DNA from: Candidatus Lloydbacteria bacterium RIFCSPHIGHO2_02_FULL_50_18
Lineage (GTDB): Bacteria; Patescibacteriota; Minisyncoccia; Phycocordibacterales; UBA6899
Direction: 5' to 3'
Length of the DNA stretch: 64,000 bases
Assembly: GCA_001821395.1 (NCBI GenBank)
Contig: MHLM01000001.1
Location: 1-64,000, forward strand
In this document: one piece after another, positions 1 to 10,781 of the stretch
Numbering within the stretch: the first letter of the stretch is position 1
Layout of the letters: each line of letters begins with the position of its first letter
The notes under the pieces: model-generated
The model's database searches: none
Seen by the model: only the letters and a program-made list of their open reading frames with translations
Told to the model about the DNA's origin: nothing
Translations under genes and position numbers: made by a program

Positions 1-850
1 GTCCTCGCTTGATCCGGAAATAGCAAAGATCGCCTTCGTGTTCGTGCTCATCGGCTACGGTACAAAGATCGGTCTTGCTCCGATGCATACGTGGCTTCCT
101 GACGCTCACGGGAAGGCCCCTGTTCCCGTGAGCGCATTGCTTTCCGGGGTTTTATTGAACGTGGCACTCTTCACGCTCTTGCGATTCAAGGTGGTCACCG
201 ACGCAAGTGCGGACCCGTCTTTTACCGCAGGTCTCCTCATCTCATTCGGAGTATTTTCTATCGTTATTTCTGCGTTAATAATGTTGAATGCAACAAACTA
301 TAAACGGCTTATCGCATATTCAAGCGTTGAAAACATGGGCGTGCTACTTATAGGTTTTGGGTTTGGCGGTATCGGCGTATTCGCGTCGACGTTACATCTG
401 ATGTATAACGCACTGATCAAGTCATCGTTGTTCATGATGGCGGGCATCATTTTTTTGAAATATAGTTCAACGAAGATAGCAAAGGTTTATGGTGCATTGA
501 AGGTCTTGCCCGTCACGAGTATCTTATTTTTTGTTGCCTTTTTGGCGATTACCGGGCTACCGCCATTTGGCGTATTTATGACGAAGATGTTGATACTCTC
601 TTCTGCGATAACCGCATATCCATATCTCACTTCGATCGCACTGCTCTTCATGACACTTTTATTCGTGGGTTTTCTTAAGCATGTCGCTGCAATGGTCTTT
701 GGGAAAAAACCCGATGATATTCCCGTAGGGGAAGTGAGTGTCTGGCTTATTGCACCACCAATGGTGTTGCTCTTCCTTGCACTTATTTTGAGTTTTTATC
801 TCCCACCAATTCTTTCTTCGCTTGTAAATGCCGTGGTGTTGCATTACTAG
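1..850 (+). CDS. Proton-translocating antiporter-like membrane subunit (NuoL/M/N - MrpD/HyfB family), 3' portion; the gene starts upstream of the window
   Basis: ORF 38..850 carries the family signature GLAPMHTWLPDAHGKAPVPVSALL and then several hydrophobic helices. That signature normally sits mid-protein, so the N-terminus is cut off by the window edge. Confidence 0.6.
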   Translation, partial: SSLDPEIAKIAFVFVLIGYGTKIGLAPMHTWLPDAHGKAPVPVSALLSGVLLNVALFTLLRFKVVTDASADPSFTAGLLISFGVFSIVISALIMLNATNYKRLIAYSSVENMGVLLIGFGFGGIGVFASTLHLMYNALIKSSLFMMAGIIFLKYSSTKIAKVYGALKVLPVTSILFFVAFLAITGLPPFGVFMTKMLILSSAITAYPYLTSIALLFMTLLFVGFLKHVAAMVFGKKPDDIPVGEVSVWLIAPPMVLLFLALILSFYLPPILSSLVNAVVLHY

Positions 851-884
851 ATCTTTTGCGACTAATGCAGGTTTTGTATTTGCA

Positions 885-915
885 TAAAAAAGCACACCAG
901 TGATAGTGTGCTTTT
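885..915. terminator. Rho-independent terminator, bidirectional, between convergent genes
   Basis: GCACAC-N8-GTGTGC stem (892-911) flanked by an A-run upstream and TTTT downstream. Confidence 0.5.
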
Positions 916-1009
916 GATATATCGGACTAACGCGAAGTCCCTGCTTTGCGGTGACAGTCTTTGTGGTTGAAAGAGCGCAGAGTAGGAATTATATGCATAC
1001 GAGGAGTGC

Positions 1010-1675
1010 CTATCCCAATACGAGGAGTTTCTTGACTCCTTCCGTGTACTCGAGCCACTCTTCGTGTATCTTCGTAAAGCGTGGATCACTCCTGATCATA
1101 TTTAAGTAGGGTTCTTTTTTGATGAGCTCAGTCGTGTGATTACCCTCGCCCCAATCGCAGAAAAGATCTATTCCTACTTTGAGGCTGGGTATCTGGTGCT
1201 TGATACGAAGTTTGCCGCGGATCACCAGATCAATGGATTCGGCAAAATCAATATTTCGTGAAAGTGCCGCCTTGCATGGCCAGTGATGGACAAGACGATG
1301 CTGTTCCACAAGCACATCGAGCTTATGTGCCCACCCTAGGACTTCGTTGACCTCATTTGTTTTCAGTCGCCCCCACACGTCAGGGTCACCATAAAGTGAG
1401 ACATCCAGAGAGAGTGGAGAGTTAAGGGCAAAACGCATTGCCTCACCATTTCCTTTGAATTGGTGAAAAAATGTTTCTTCCCCTCCGTTGTCGCGACAAC
1501 GTTGGAACACGCCTTCGGTCATATGAAAGCGAAAGCCGTCTGAACAACACGAGCAAGTCTGTTTGCCGGCAACTTTTTCTGAATTATGGGGAACTATGAC
1601 CCCCGCCTCACTGAACAGCGCATGTGTAATGCGGTCTTCGCAAGACGCGTAAAGTTTCTTTTCGTGCAAAAGCAT
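1010..1675 (-). CDS. Hypothetical protein with two H-x-T-x motifs (HMTE, HTTE); possible 2H-phosphoesterase-like enzyme
   Basis: ORF 1010..1777. Start moved to the ATG at 1675, which is preceded by AAAGGAG on the minus strand. Translation has FHMTEG and NHTTEL plus a CSCCSDG cysteine cluster. I recognise no confident family. Confidence 0.5.
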   Translation of the reverse strand: MLLHEKKLYASCEDRITHALFSEAGVIVPHNSEKVAGKQTCSCCSDGFRFHMTEGVFQRCRDNGGEETFFHQFKGNGEAMRFALNSPLSLDVSLYGDPDVWGRLKTNEVNEVLGWAHKLDVLVEQHRLVHHWPCKAALSRNIDFAESIDLVIRGKLRIKHQIPSLKVGIDLFCDWGEGNHTTELIKKEPYLNMIRSDPRFTKIHEEWLEYTEGVKKLLVLG

Positions 1676-1831
1676 TCTCCGACTCCTTTGGGTTGGGGTT
1701 GATCTTTCCTCACTTGTTTTAAAGAACAAGGGGTTACGATACTCTATCTCAAAATGGTTGTCAATAGGTCGCTGCACGGTGTCGTTGTCAACATTGGATT
1801 TTTGTTATGGATATGCTACGGTGTAGCAATT

Positions 1832-2575
1832 ATGGAGGAAGGATTTCATGTATCGATCAAGGCAGAGGAGCTGACCCAGTGGATGGGGGTGCCTATTACC
1901 AACTCATTACTCATGAGCTGGGTGGTCGTATTTCTCCTTATTTTTCTTGCGTTTCTGATCAAGCGTAATACCAAGCTCGTACCCGGAAAATTTCAGATCG
2001 TAATAGAAACACTCATTGGGGGTGTGCAGAAATTTGTCGCCGAGTCGCTCGAAAGCGAGGTGCTCGCAACGCGATTTACGCCATTTTTCATATCACTTTT
2101 TTTGTTCATCTTGATCGGTAATTGGCTTGAATTTATCCCGGGTGTTGAAAGTATTGTGTTCCACACAGCTGAGGGTGAGACCGTGTCCCTTCTTCGTGCC
2201 ATCAATACCGATCTCAATATCCCGCTCGCGCTCGCGATCATTGCGTTCATTACGATCGAGGTGACCGGCATCACCGTGCTTGGCTTCTGGGGCTACGCGG
2301 GCAAATTCTTCAATTTTCATTCACCAGTCAATCTTTTTGTCGGACTGCTTGAACTCTTATCTGAAACGATCAGGCTTATCTCGTTCTCTTTCCGTCTTTT
2401 TGGTAATATTTTCGCCGGAAGCGTCCTTGTCGGTATCATTACCTTTCTTGCCCCCTATGCCATCCCGGCTCCATTCATGCTCTTTGAGGTGTTCGTTGGC
2501 TTGATACAAGCGGCAGTGTTTGCTCTGCTTACACTGTTCTTCATCAAGCTTGCGATCATGAAGACCGGCCACTAG
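1832..2575 (+). CDS. atpB: ATP synthase Fo subunit a
   Basis: Multi-pass membrane protein with the diagnostic SFSFRLFGNIFAG (arginine) motif. It is the first gene of the atp cluster. An alternative start at 1754 is possible. Confidence 0.85.
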   Translation: MEEGFHVSIKAEELTQWMGVPITNSLLMSWVVVFLLIFLAFLIKRNTKLVPGKFQIVIETLIGGVQKFVAESLESEVLATRFTPFFISLFLFILIGNWLEFIPGVESIVFHTAEGETVSLLRAINTDLNIPLALAIIAFITIEVTGITVLGFWGYAGKFFNFHSPVNLFVGLLELLSETIRLISFSFRLFGNIFAGSVLVGIITFLAPYAIPAPFMLFEVFVGLIQAAVFALLTLFFIKLAIMKTGH

Positions 2576-2616
2576 GGCATGCAATATTATCAGTTATTAT
2601 TTTAATTTATCATCAT

Positions 2617-2844
2617 ATGGAACTCGAATCAGCAAAGTTGTTCGCAATGGCATTCGCAGCAGCAATAGGAGTCATCGGTCCCGGGATCGGACTCGGTATT
2701 CTCGTCGGTAAGAGCGTCGAGGCGATCGGACGTAATCCCGATGCATACGGCAAGATCTTCTCAACGATGATCGTTGGCGCGGCGCTTACCGAAGCACTCG
2801 GTATCATTGCGCTTGTTGCGGCCTTTCTTATCAGATTCCTTTAA
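2617..2844 (+). CDS. atpE: ATP synthase Fo subunit c
   Basis: 75-aa hairpin proteolipid with glycine-rich helix 1 (GVIGPGIGLGILVG) and the conserved carboxylate (TEALGI) in helix 2. Confidence 0.95.
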   Translation: MELESAKLFAMAFAAAIGVIGPGIGLGILVGKSVEAIGRNPDAYGKIFSTMIVGAALTEALGIIALVAAFLIRFL

Positions 2845-2862
2845 TCAGCCAGAGAGCGCGCT

Positions 2863-3315
2863 ATGGAAATCTTTCACGCATTCGGCATCGAGTGGAAACT
2901 ACTCGTTATTCAGATGATCAATTTCGGGATCGCGTTCTTTGTCTTGCGACAGTTCGCCTATAAACCGATCATCGCGATCCTCGCAAAACGAGAAAAAGAG
3001 ATCGCTCTTGGAGTTGCCGCAGCCGATAGCGCAAAGAAAGAGAAGGAGGCTATTCTTGAAGAAAAGGATGGCATCTTGCGAGCGGCTCGTGAAGAGGGGG
3101 GCAAGATCGTCGAAGGGTTGCGCAAAGAAGGTTCGCTTCAGGAGCGGGCGATGGTACGCGAAGCAGGAGAGCAGAGTGCTGCAATACTCGCTGATGCAAA
3201 AGCAAAAGCGGAGGAAGAGCGGGCCTACATCCTGCGCGAAAGCGAGAAAGACGTTGCAAAGGCGGCAATCCTCGCTGCGGAAAAGATATTACGAACAAGC
3301 GTTCACACCGCTTAA
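2863..3315 (+). CDS. atpF: ATP synthase Fo subunit b
   Basis: N-terminal TM helix followed by a long charged Ala/Glu/Lys-rich helix. Position lies between atpE and atpH. Confidence 0.85.
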   Translation: MEIFHAFGIEWKLLVIQMINFGIAFFVLRQFAYKPIIAILAKREKEIALGVAAADSAKKEKEAILEEKDGILRAAREEGGKIVEGLRKEGSLQERAMVREAGEQSAAILADAKAKAEEERAYILRESEKDVAKAAILAAEKILRTSVHTA

Positions 3316-3318
3316 TAT

Positions 3319-3717
3319 ATGCGCGCTTCCTATTATGCACGCGCCCTGCATTCCGCGCTCAAAGAACATCCGGAGATGGAAGAAAAGCTGCTCAAGCAGT
3401 TTGCGGAAACAGTAAAGGCTAACGGTCATACCTACCTGCTTCCCAAGATCGTTCGTTCTTTTGGGAAGCTGAGAGAAAAAGAAGAAAAGGGAAACACCAT
3501 TCAGGTCACCAGCGCAGTTTCACTGTCCGAACAGCAAACCCAGGAATTGCTCAAGAAGGAACCGTTCAAGCATGCGCTGTCGACGTCCCACAAGAAGGTC
3601 ATCCGCACGGTAGACAGCTCATTAGTAGGAGGAGTCATCGTAAAGACCGGCAACGAGAGGATCGATGCAAGTTATAAACGAGCACTTCTTGATCTTTATC
3701 AACACATCACCGAATAA
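3319..3717 (+). CDS. atpH: ATP synthase F1 subunit delta (short, 132 aa)
   Basis: C-terminal LVGGVIVKTGNERIDASYKRAL is typical of delta/OSCP. Position lies between atpF and atpA. It is about 45 aa shorter than canonical delta. Confidence 0.8.
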   Translation: MRASYYARALHSALKEHPEMEEKLLKQFAETVKANGHTYLLPKIVRSFGKLREKEEKGNTIQVTSAVSLSEQQTQELLKKEPFKHALSTSHKKVIRTVDSSLVGGVIVKTGNERIDASYKRALLDLYQHITE

Positions 3718-3738
3718 TTATTCAACTCATCACACACC

Positions 3739-5304
3739 ATGGAACATATCGTAGAAAAACTGAAAAAGCAGATCGTGGATTTCACCCCCAAAGCGCGCTC
3801 CGAGAAGATCGGGGTCGTGGTCACTGCGGCTGACGGTATTGCCGAAGTTGACGGTCTCGACGGCGTGATGATGGGTGAAATGGTGATGTTCGATACCGGT
3901 GAGGGAGAGTCTCTTGAGGAGAACCTGAGCGGTGAGAACGCACTCCTCGGCATGGCGCTCAATCTTGAAGAGGACACGGTGAAGGTAGTTGTCCTCGGTG
4001 ATGCCGTGAAGGTCAAGGAAGGAATGACGGTGAAGGCTATGGGGAGTATTCTCTCTATCCCCGTAGGACCTGAGCTTGTCGGACGAGTGGTGAATTCACT
4101 TGGTGAAGTGCTTGATGGCGGAATCCCGCTCAACACGAAGCAGCGCAATCCTATCGAACGGAAGGCGTACGGCGTCATTGAGCGCAAGTCGGTTTCAACG
4201 CCTCTCCATACCGGCATCAAGGCGATCGACGGCATGGTGCCTATCGGTCGCGGTCAACGTGAGCTTATCATCGGTGACCGTCAGACTGGGAAGACCGTTG
4301 TCGCCATCGACACGATCATCAATCAATTGAACGAACCCGTTAAGGATCGCCCTATCTGCATCTATGTAGCGATTGGACAGAAGGAGTCCAAGGTCGCACG
4401 TATCGTACAGCAGCTTCGGGATCGCGGTGCAATGGATTACACCATTATCGTGTCTGCCTCTTCTTCGTCGTCCGCGGCACTCCAATTTTTAGCACCGTTT
4501 GCCGGGGCGGCCATAGGAGAATATTTTATGGACGCCGGTAAGGATGCCCTTGTTGTTTATGACGACCTGTCAAAGCACGCCATTGCCTATCGCCAAATGT
4601 CACTCCTGCTTCGCCGTCCGCCCGGACGCGAAGCATATCCCGGAGATATTTTTTATCTTCACTCACGTCTGCTTGAACGCGCGGCACGTCTCTCCGACAA
4701 GATGGGGGGAGGATCACTCACGGCACTTCCTATCATCGAAACACAAGAGAACGACGTCTCTGCGTATATTCCGACTAATGTCATCTCAATTACTGACGGA
4801 CAGATCTATCTTGAGACCGACCTCTTCAACAAGGGCATCCGCCCTGCCATCAATGTCGGCGTGTCAGTCTCGCGTGTCGGTTCATCTGCGCAGACAAAGG
4901 CAATGAAGAAAGTTGCAGGCAAACTTCGCCTTGAGCTCGCCCAGTTCCGCGAGCTTGAAGCATTCGTGCAATTCTCTTCAGACCTTGACGAAGATACAAA
5001 GCGCCGCATCGAGAAGGGCAAGCTCATGGTGGAGATTCTCAAGCAGGACAAAAATGTTCCGTTGTCTTTTGAAAAGGAGGTGGCCATCATTTTCATTGCT
5101 GGCTCTGGCCTGTTCGACAATGCAGACAAATCAAAAGTTGCAGAAATTGAAAAAGGATTTTTTGCACTCTGTGAATCTCAGTACGCAGAAGTACTCCGTA
5201 CGATTGCTGAATCAAAAGATCTTTCGGAGGATTCACAGAAGATATTAAAAGAAGCTGCAGCAGCATTTAAGGCAGCTTCAAAAGAATTGTTTGTCACTGC
5301 ATAA
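3739..5304 (+). CDS. atpA: ATP synthase F1 subunit alpha
   Basis: Walker A GDRQTGKT and full-length similarity to F1 alpha. Confidence 0.97.
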   Translation: MEHIVEKLKKQIVDFTPKARSEKIGVVVTAADGIAEVDGLDGVMMGEMVMFDTGEGESLEENLSGENALLGMALNLEEDTVKVVVLGDAVKVKEGMTVKAMGSILSIPVGPELVGRVVNSLGEVLDGGIPLNTKQRNPIERKAYGVIERKSVSTPLHTGIKAIDGMVPIGRGQRELIIGDRQTGKTVVAIDTIINQLNEPVKDRPICIYVAIGQKESKVARIVQQLRDRGAMDYTIIVSASSSSSAALQFLAPFAGAAIGEYFMDAGKDALVVYDDLSKHAIAYRQMSLLLRRPPGREAYPGDIFYLHSRLLERAARLSDKMGGGSLTALPIIETQENDVSAYIPTNVISITDGQIYLETDLFNKGIRPAINVGVSVSRVGSSAQTKAMKKVAGKLRLELAQFRELEAFVQFSSDLDEDTKRRIEKGKLMVEILKQDKNVPLSFEKEVAIIFIAGSGLFDNADKSKVAEIEKGFFALCESQYAEVLRTIAESKDLSEDSQKILKEAAAAFKAASKELFVTA

Positions 5305-5306
5305 CC

Positions 5307-6242
5307 ATGTCACTCAAGGCTGTTAAAAACAAAATAAAAAGTATCGACAAGACCCGCCAAGTTACGAAGGCGATGGAGGCGGTTTCTGCCGTGAAGATGC
5401 GTAAAAGTCAGGCGAGCGCGATCAGCGTCCGCCCCTACGCACTTTCCGCGCTCAAAATACTCCGTAGCATCTCGGGATCGATCGAAGTGACCAATCATCC
5501 GCTGACCGTTGTGCGACCGATCGCGCGCACTTGCCTCATCATCATTTCGGGTGATAAGGGACTGGCAGGGAGCTATGGTTCATCGCTGTTGAAGCAGGTC
5601 TATAAATTCATGGTCGAAAAAGATCTTACGAGTACTAACACAAGTCTTATTTGTGTCGGAAAGAAAGCATATGAGCATTTCAATAAGCGCGGCTTCGAGA
5701 TCATCGCACATTACGAAAAATGGAGCGATACGATCAATTTTGGTAATGTTGAACCGCTCGCACGGAAAGCGAAGGACCAGTTTGAAAGTGGTCGCGTCGA
5801 CCAGGTATTCATCGTCTACACGAATTTTGTTTCCACATTGAATCAGCTTGTCTACGCGCGACAGTTGCTTCCCGTGACATGGAAAGGTGTTGAAGAAGTG
5901 GTGCGCGGGATAACGCCGACAAAGGGAAAGTTTTCCGAGATCGGACGTGATATTGATAAAAAAGATCCGGTACGAGAATACTCCTTTGAACCGAACGCAG
6001 AATCTGTGCTCACGGGCTTGATTCCTACGCTATTTAATGTACAAATATATCACTCCGTACTTGAGGCAAATGCATCCGAACATTCCGCCCGCATGATCGC
6101 CATGAAGAATGCTTCGGATAATGCAAAGGAGATATCGCGAAGTCTAAAATTACATTTCAATAAAGTCCGCCAAGCTGCGATCACGAGAGAGGTCTCTGAG
6201 ATCGTTGGAGGCATGGAATCAATGAAAGTCGTTGACGCATAA
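5307..6242 (+). CDS. atpG: ATP synthase F1 subunit gamma
   Basis: N-terminal MSLKAVKNKIKSI..TKAMEAVSAVKMRK and the C-terminal helix are typical of gamma. Confidence 0.95.
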   Translation: MSLKAVKNKIKSIDKTRQVTKAMEAVSAVKMRKSQASAISVRPYALSALKILRSISGSIEVTNHPLTVVRPIARTCLIIISGDKGLAGSYGSSLLKQVYKFMVEKDLTSTNTSLICVGKKAYEHFNKRGFEIIAHYEKWSDTINFGNVEPLARKAKDQFESGRVDQVFIVYTNFVSTLNQLVYARQLLPVTWKGVEEVVRGITPTKGKFSEIGRDIDKKDPVREYSFEPNAESVLTGLIPTLFNVQIYHSVLEANASEHSARMIAMKNASDNAKEISRSLKLHFNKVRQAAITREVSEIVGGMESMKVVDA

Positions 6243-6267
6243 ATTAATTAATCATCAATATTTACGT

Positions 6268-8069
<1,802 letters not shown>

Positions 8070-8204
8070 TGTCTAATTTTGAGAATAACTTTGTTGACTT
8101 CGACGAGTGGTTCGGTGAACTTACTCAAAGTAAGTCCTCTCGAACACACTCATCTCGTCGCCTCGTTCTTCATCAAAATTATTCCACTAAGTCTGAATTA
8201 AAAT

Positions 8205-8438
8205 ATGAAACTTACTATCGCAAAAATAGACAAGATACTCTGGTCCGGTGAGGCTGAGTCTGTTTCGGTACCCGGGACCGAGGGGGTGATGACCATCTTG
8301 AGCCATCACATGCCGCTTATCACTACGCTCGAAAAAGGGGAGTTACGCATCAAAACAAAAGACGGCGGCATGGAGTTGATCGCGATCGAACAGGGTATGC
8401 TCGAGGTTAATAAAGAAGAAACCGTTATCCTCGTCTAG
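8205..8438 (+). CDS. atpC: ATP synthase F1 subunit epsilon, N-terminal beta-sandwich domain only (77 aa)
   Basis: MKLTIAKIDKILWSGEAESVSVPGTEGVMTIL matches the epsilon N-domain. There is no C-terminal helical hairpin, and a terminator follows directly. Confidence 0.85.
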   Translation: MKLTIAKIDKILWSGEAESVSVPGTEGVMTILSHHMPLITTLEKGELRIKTKDGGMELIAIEQGMLEVNKEETVILV

Positions 8439-8454
8439 TGTTTTGTAAAATCGT

Positions 8455-8490
8455 AAAAACCCCAAAGGCCTTAAGGTCTTTGGGGTTTTT
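8455..8490 (+). terminator. Rho-independent terminator of the atp operon
   Basis: AAAAACCCCAAAGGCC-TTAA-GGTCTTTGGGGTTTTT, a near-perfect hairpin followed by a T-run. Confidence 0.75.
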
Positions 8491-8694
8491 CGATGAGCGA
8501 TTTGTCGGCTCTGAAATGAGTTTTTCGACCGTGAACACTTGTATGATGGTTGCCCACTGTTTTTTCACCGCGACCTTATTGTTAGATCTTGTCGATCTGA
8601 TGCAGACATATCGTAAAACCTTTCCCCGTGAAGGGTTTTATAAAGAGGGTTGCTTTCTGTTGTGCTGTTGCTAAATCTGTGATATAATTGTGCT

Positions 8695-9747
8695 ATGTTT
8701 GAGTGGGTCAAAAGACATTTTATCCCAACGAGAGAAAATGGATACCAACCACACTTTTTGCGGCTTCGCGCCGCGTTAGGCATTTTTCTTCTTGTTGTTG
8801 TCCTTGAGGGAACTTACCTCCTTGCTACAACGATCATTTTACCGCGGAGCGCACAATTCGCAGCAATCTTTGCTGCTGTGCTTATCGATCAGACGAATGA
8901 GCAGCGACACTCGGTTAGCTTGAGCACTCTTCATGTCAACGCAAAACTAGAGACTGCCGCACGCATGAAGGCGCAAGATATGGCTGCAAAGGGCTACTTC
9001 GCGCATAATGCTCCGGACGGTAAGAATCCATGGTATTGGTTCGATCAAGCGGGATACGATTATGCCGCAGCGGGTGAGAACTTGGCGGTCAATTTTACCG
9101 ACTCAAAAGATGTGACGGAGGCATGGATGCGCTCACCGGGGCATCGTGCAAATATCATGAGCGGGAATTATACCGAGATCGGTATCGCTACTGTTGAGGG
9201 TACATATAAGGGCAAACCCGCGATCTTTGTCGTTCAGGAATTTGGGCGACCGTCGATCATTGCTCGGCAGCTTGAGCAGGCATCATCGACCGTTGCATCT
9301 TTGTCTACAATGATCTCGGGCAATAGGGCCGAATCGGTAAAAACAGTACAGAAGACTCCCGTACCGATAGTCGCTCGCCCCACCATGGCACCCTCAATGA
9401 GTAGTGTTGTTGCTACAATTTCGGCAGCACCAACCTCCACACCAGTAGTCGCAGGAGCGGATACGACGAAGCTCGACACGGGAGATACGGACTTTTCATC
9501 CACTGCACCTCAAGAGGTGGTACGACCATCGGCGGCCGCACAGCTGCTTGCTTCTCCGCGTAACATGACAACGACCATCTATCTCATCCTCGGAGCTATC
9601 TTGTCGCTTGTGCTTGGTCTCGCGTTCTTCATCAAGATTCGTGTCCAACATCCGCACATTCTTGCGAACGGTATCTTGCTGATTGCTATCATATGCTCGG
9701 TCACCATGCTGAACGTCGTGCTCACGGCAACCAAGGGTGCCATCTAG
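8695..9747 (+). CDS. Membrane-anchored CAP/SCP (PR-1-like, YkwD-type) domain protein with Ser/Thr/Ala/Pro-rich linker and C-terminal TM helix
   Basis: HNAPDGKNPWYWFDQAGYDY...AWMRSPGHRANIMSGNYTEIGI matches the CAP domain. Has an N-terminal TM helix, a low-complexity STAP region and a C-terminal hydrophobic helix. Confidence 0.8.
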   Translation: MFEWVKRHFIPTRENGYQPHFLRLRAALGIFLLVVVLEGTYLLATTIILPRSAQFAAIFAAVLIDQTNEQRHSVSLSTLHVNAKLETAARMKAQDMAAKGYFAHNAPDGKNPWYWFDQAGYDYAAAGENLAVNFTDSKDVTEAWMRSPGHRANIMSGNYTEIGIATVEGTYKGKPAIFVVQEFGRPSIIARQLEQASSTVASLSTMISGNRAESVKTVQKTPVPIVARPTMAPSMSSVVATISAAPTSTPVVAGADTTKLDTGDTDFSSTAPQEVVRPSAAAQLLASPRNMTTTIYLILGAILSLVLGLAFFIKIRVQHPHILANGILLIAIICSVTMLNVVLTATKGAI

Positions 9748-9800
9748 TTTCAAAAAAGAAGAACCTTTCTTGTTCGCAGATATTTTTATATAATTGAGCG

Positions 9801-10352
9801 ATGATAAACGAAACTTTACTGACCTATGTCACAGCGGAGCGCGCACGAGGAGTTGCTGACGATGCGATCAGATCAGCGTTGCAGGCGCAAGGGTGGAAGC
9901 CGGAGGATGTCGCAGTGGTTCTCGGTGGTGTCGGTGCAATTACGGGTGCCCCAAGGGAATTATCGTTCGCTAATTTATTCCAAGGACGACTTTCGCGTTG
10001 GCAGTATTTTTTGACGTCTATTCTGCTTAGTCTATCCATCTTGGCCGTATTGTTTGTGTCGGGGCTTGTCCTCAGTTTAAGTCTTGGGACAACTACTCAT
10101 TCCACTGGTCCGGTGATGTTTTTCGTCTTTATCTTGAGCTATGCGATAGCGATACCGCTCAGCATCTCACTCGTGGTGCGCCGCGCGCATGACCTTAATT
10201 GGAGTGGATGGTATGCGCTTTTCTTTCTTATTCCTTTCGTTAACGCCGTGTTTGCCCTCCTCTTTTTGTTTAAAAAGGGAACAGACGGACCAAACGAGTA
10301 CGGCATCCCACAAGTTGATCGCAGCTTCGTAAATACGTTGATAAATCGGTGA
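9801..10352 (+). CDS. DUF805-family inner-membrane protein with extra N-terminal soluble domain
   Basis: RRAHDLNWSGWYALFFLIPFVNAVFALLFLFKKGTDGPNEYG is the DUF805 (YhaH-like) signature. Confidence 0.75.
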   Translation: MINETLLTYVTAERARGVADDAIRSALQAQGWKPEDVAVVLGGVGAITGAPRELSFANLFQGRLSRWQYFLTSILLSLSILAVLFVSGLVLSLSLGTTTHSTGPVMFFVFILSYAIAIPLSISLVVRRAHDLNWSGWYALFFLIPFVNAVFALLFLFKKGTDGPNEYGIPQVDRSFVNTLINR

Positions 10353-10419
10353 TTTTCGATGCGCGTGGCTCCCTTTCTGTGTTCTTATACACAGATTATG
10401 AACAAGCTTATGCACTTTT

Positions 10420-10461
10420 GTATAGGGTCTTGCTACTATTTTTTTATCGCATTGTTATAAT
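10420..10461 (+). promoter_or_regulatory. Putative sigma-70-type promoter driving the SAM riboswitch/metK leader
   Basis: TTGCTA ... TATAAT (10456-10461) about 20 nt upstream of the riboswitch P1 stem. Spacer is slightly long (19 nt). Confidence 0.35.
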
Positions 10462-10477
10462 TGCCGTACAACCAAAT

Positions 10478-10602
10478 AGTGCTTTTATCGAGAGTGTGGA
10501 GTAGGGAATTGGCCCGATGATACCACCAGCAACCACCTTTGGAGAGGACAGGTGCTAAATCCAAACCCCTATGGGGAAGATGAATGTGGTTGGAGGAATA
10601 AT
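10478..10602 (+). promoter_or_regulatory. SAM-I (S-box) riboswitch aptamer in the metK leader
   Basis: GCTTTTATCGAGAGTGTGGAGTAGGGAATTGGCCCGATGATACCACCAGCAACC...AGGTGCTAAATCC...GGGGAAGATGAATG matches the SAM-I consensus (UUAUCaAGAGnGGnGGAGGGAnuGGCCCgAUGA..CC.GCAACC...GGUGCuAAnUCC...AGAUGA). It lies directly upstream of metK. Confidence 0.7.
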
Positions 10603-10605
10603 GGC

Positions 10606-10652
10606 AACCAAAAAAGTCTTTCTGCAAAGGAAGGCTTTTTTGTTTACCGATA
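10606..10652 (+). terminator. Putative riboswitch expression-platform terminator
   Basis: AAAAAAGTC...GGCTTTTTTG imperfect hairpin ending in a U-run between the aptamer and metK. Confidence 0.4.
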
Positions 10653-10781
10653 TATAATCTTTCACCTGTCTTCATAAAATTATCTTAGCCTATGCTATCG
10701 CACAAGTTAAGATAATTCACTCAGGGGCCGTGAGTTTCATCGATCATATTTGTTTGTACGTTATTTATAATAGTTTAATAT

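Noticed and set aside
1754-1831. Longer atpB start at 1754 (MVVNRSLHGVVVNIGFLLWICYGVAI...)
   Set aside because: The homology-consistent N-terminus begins near MEEGFHV...TNSLLMSWVVV (1832). The upstream extension is not excluded but is unsupported.
3699-4235. 178-aa minus-strand ORF inside atpA
   Set aside because: Antisense to atpA, with a low-complexity Ser/Thr/Pro-rich translation typical of spurious frames.
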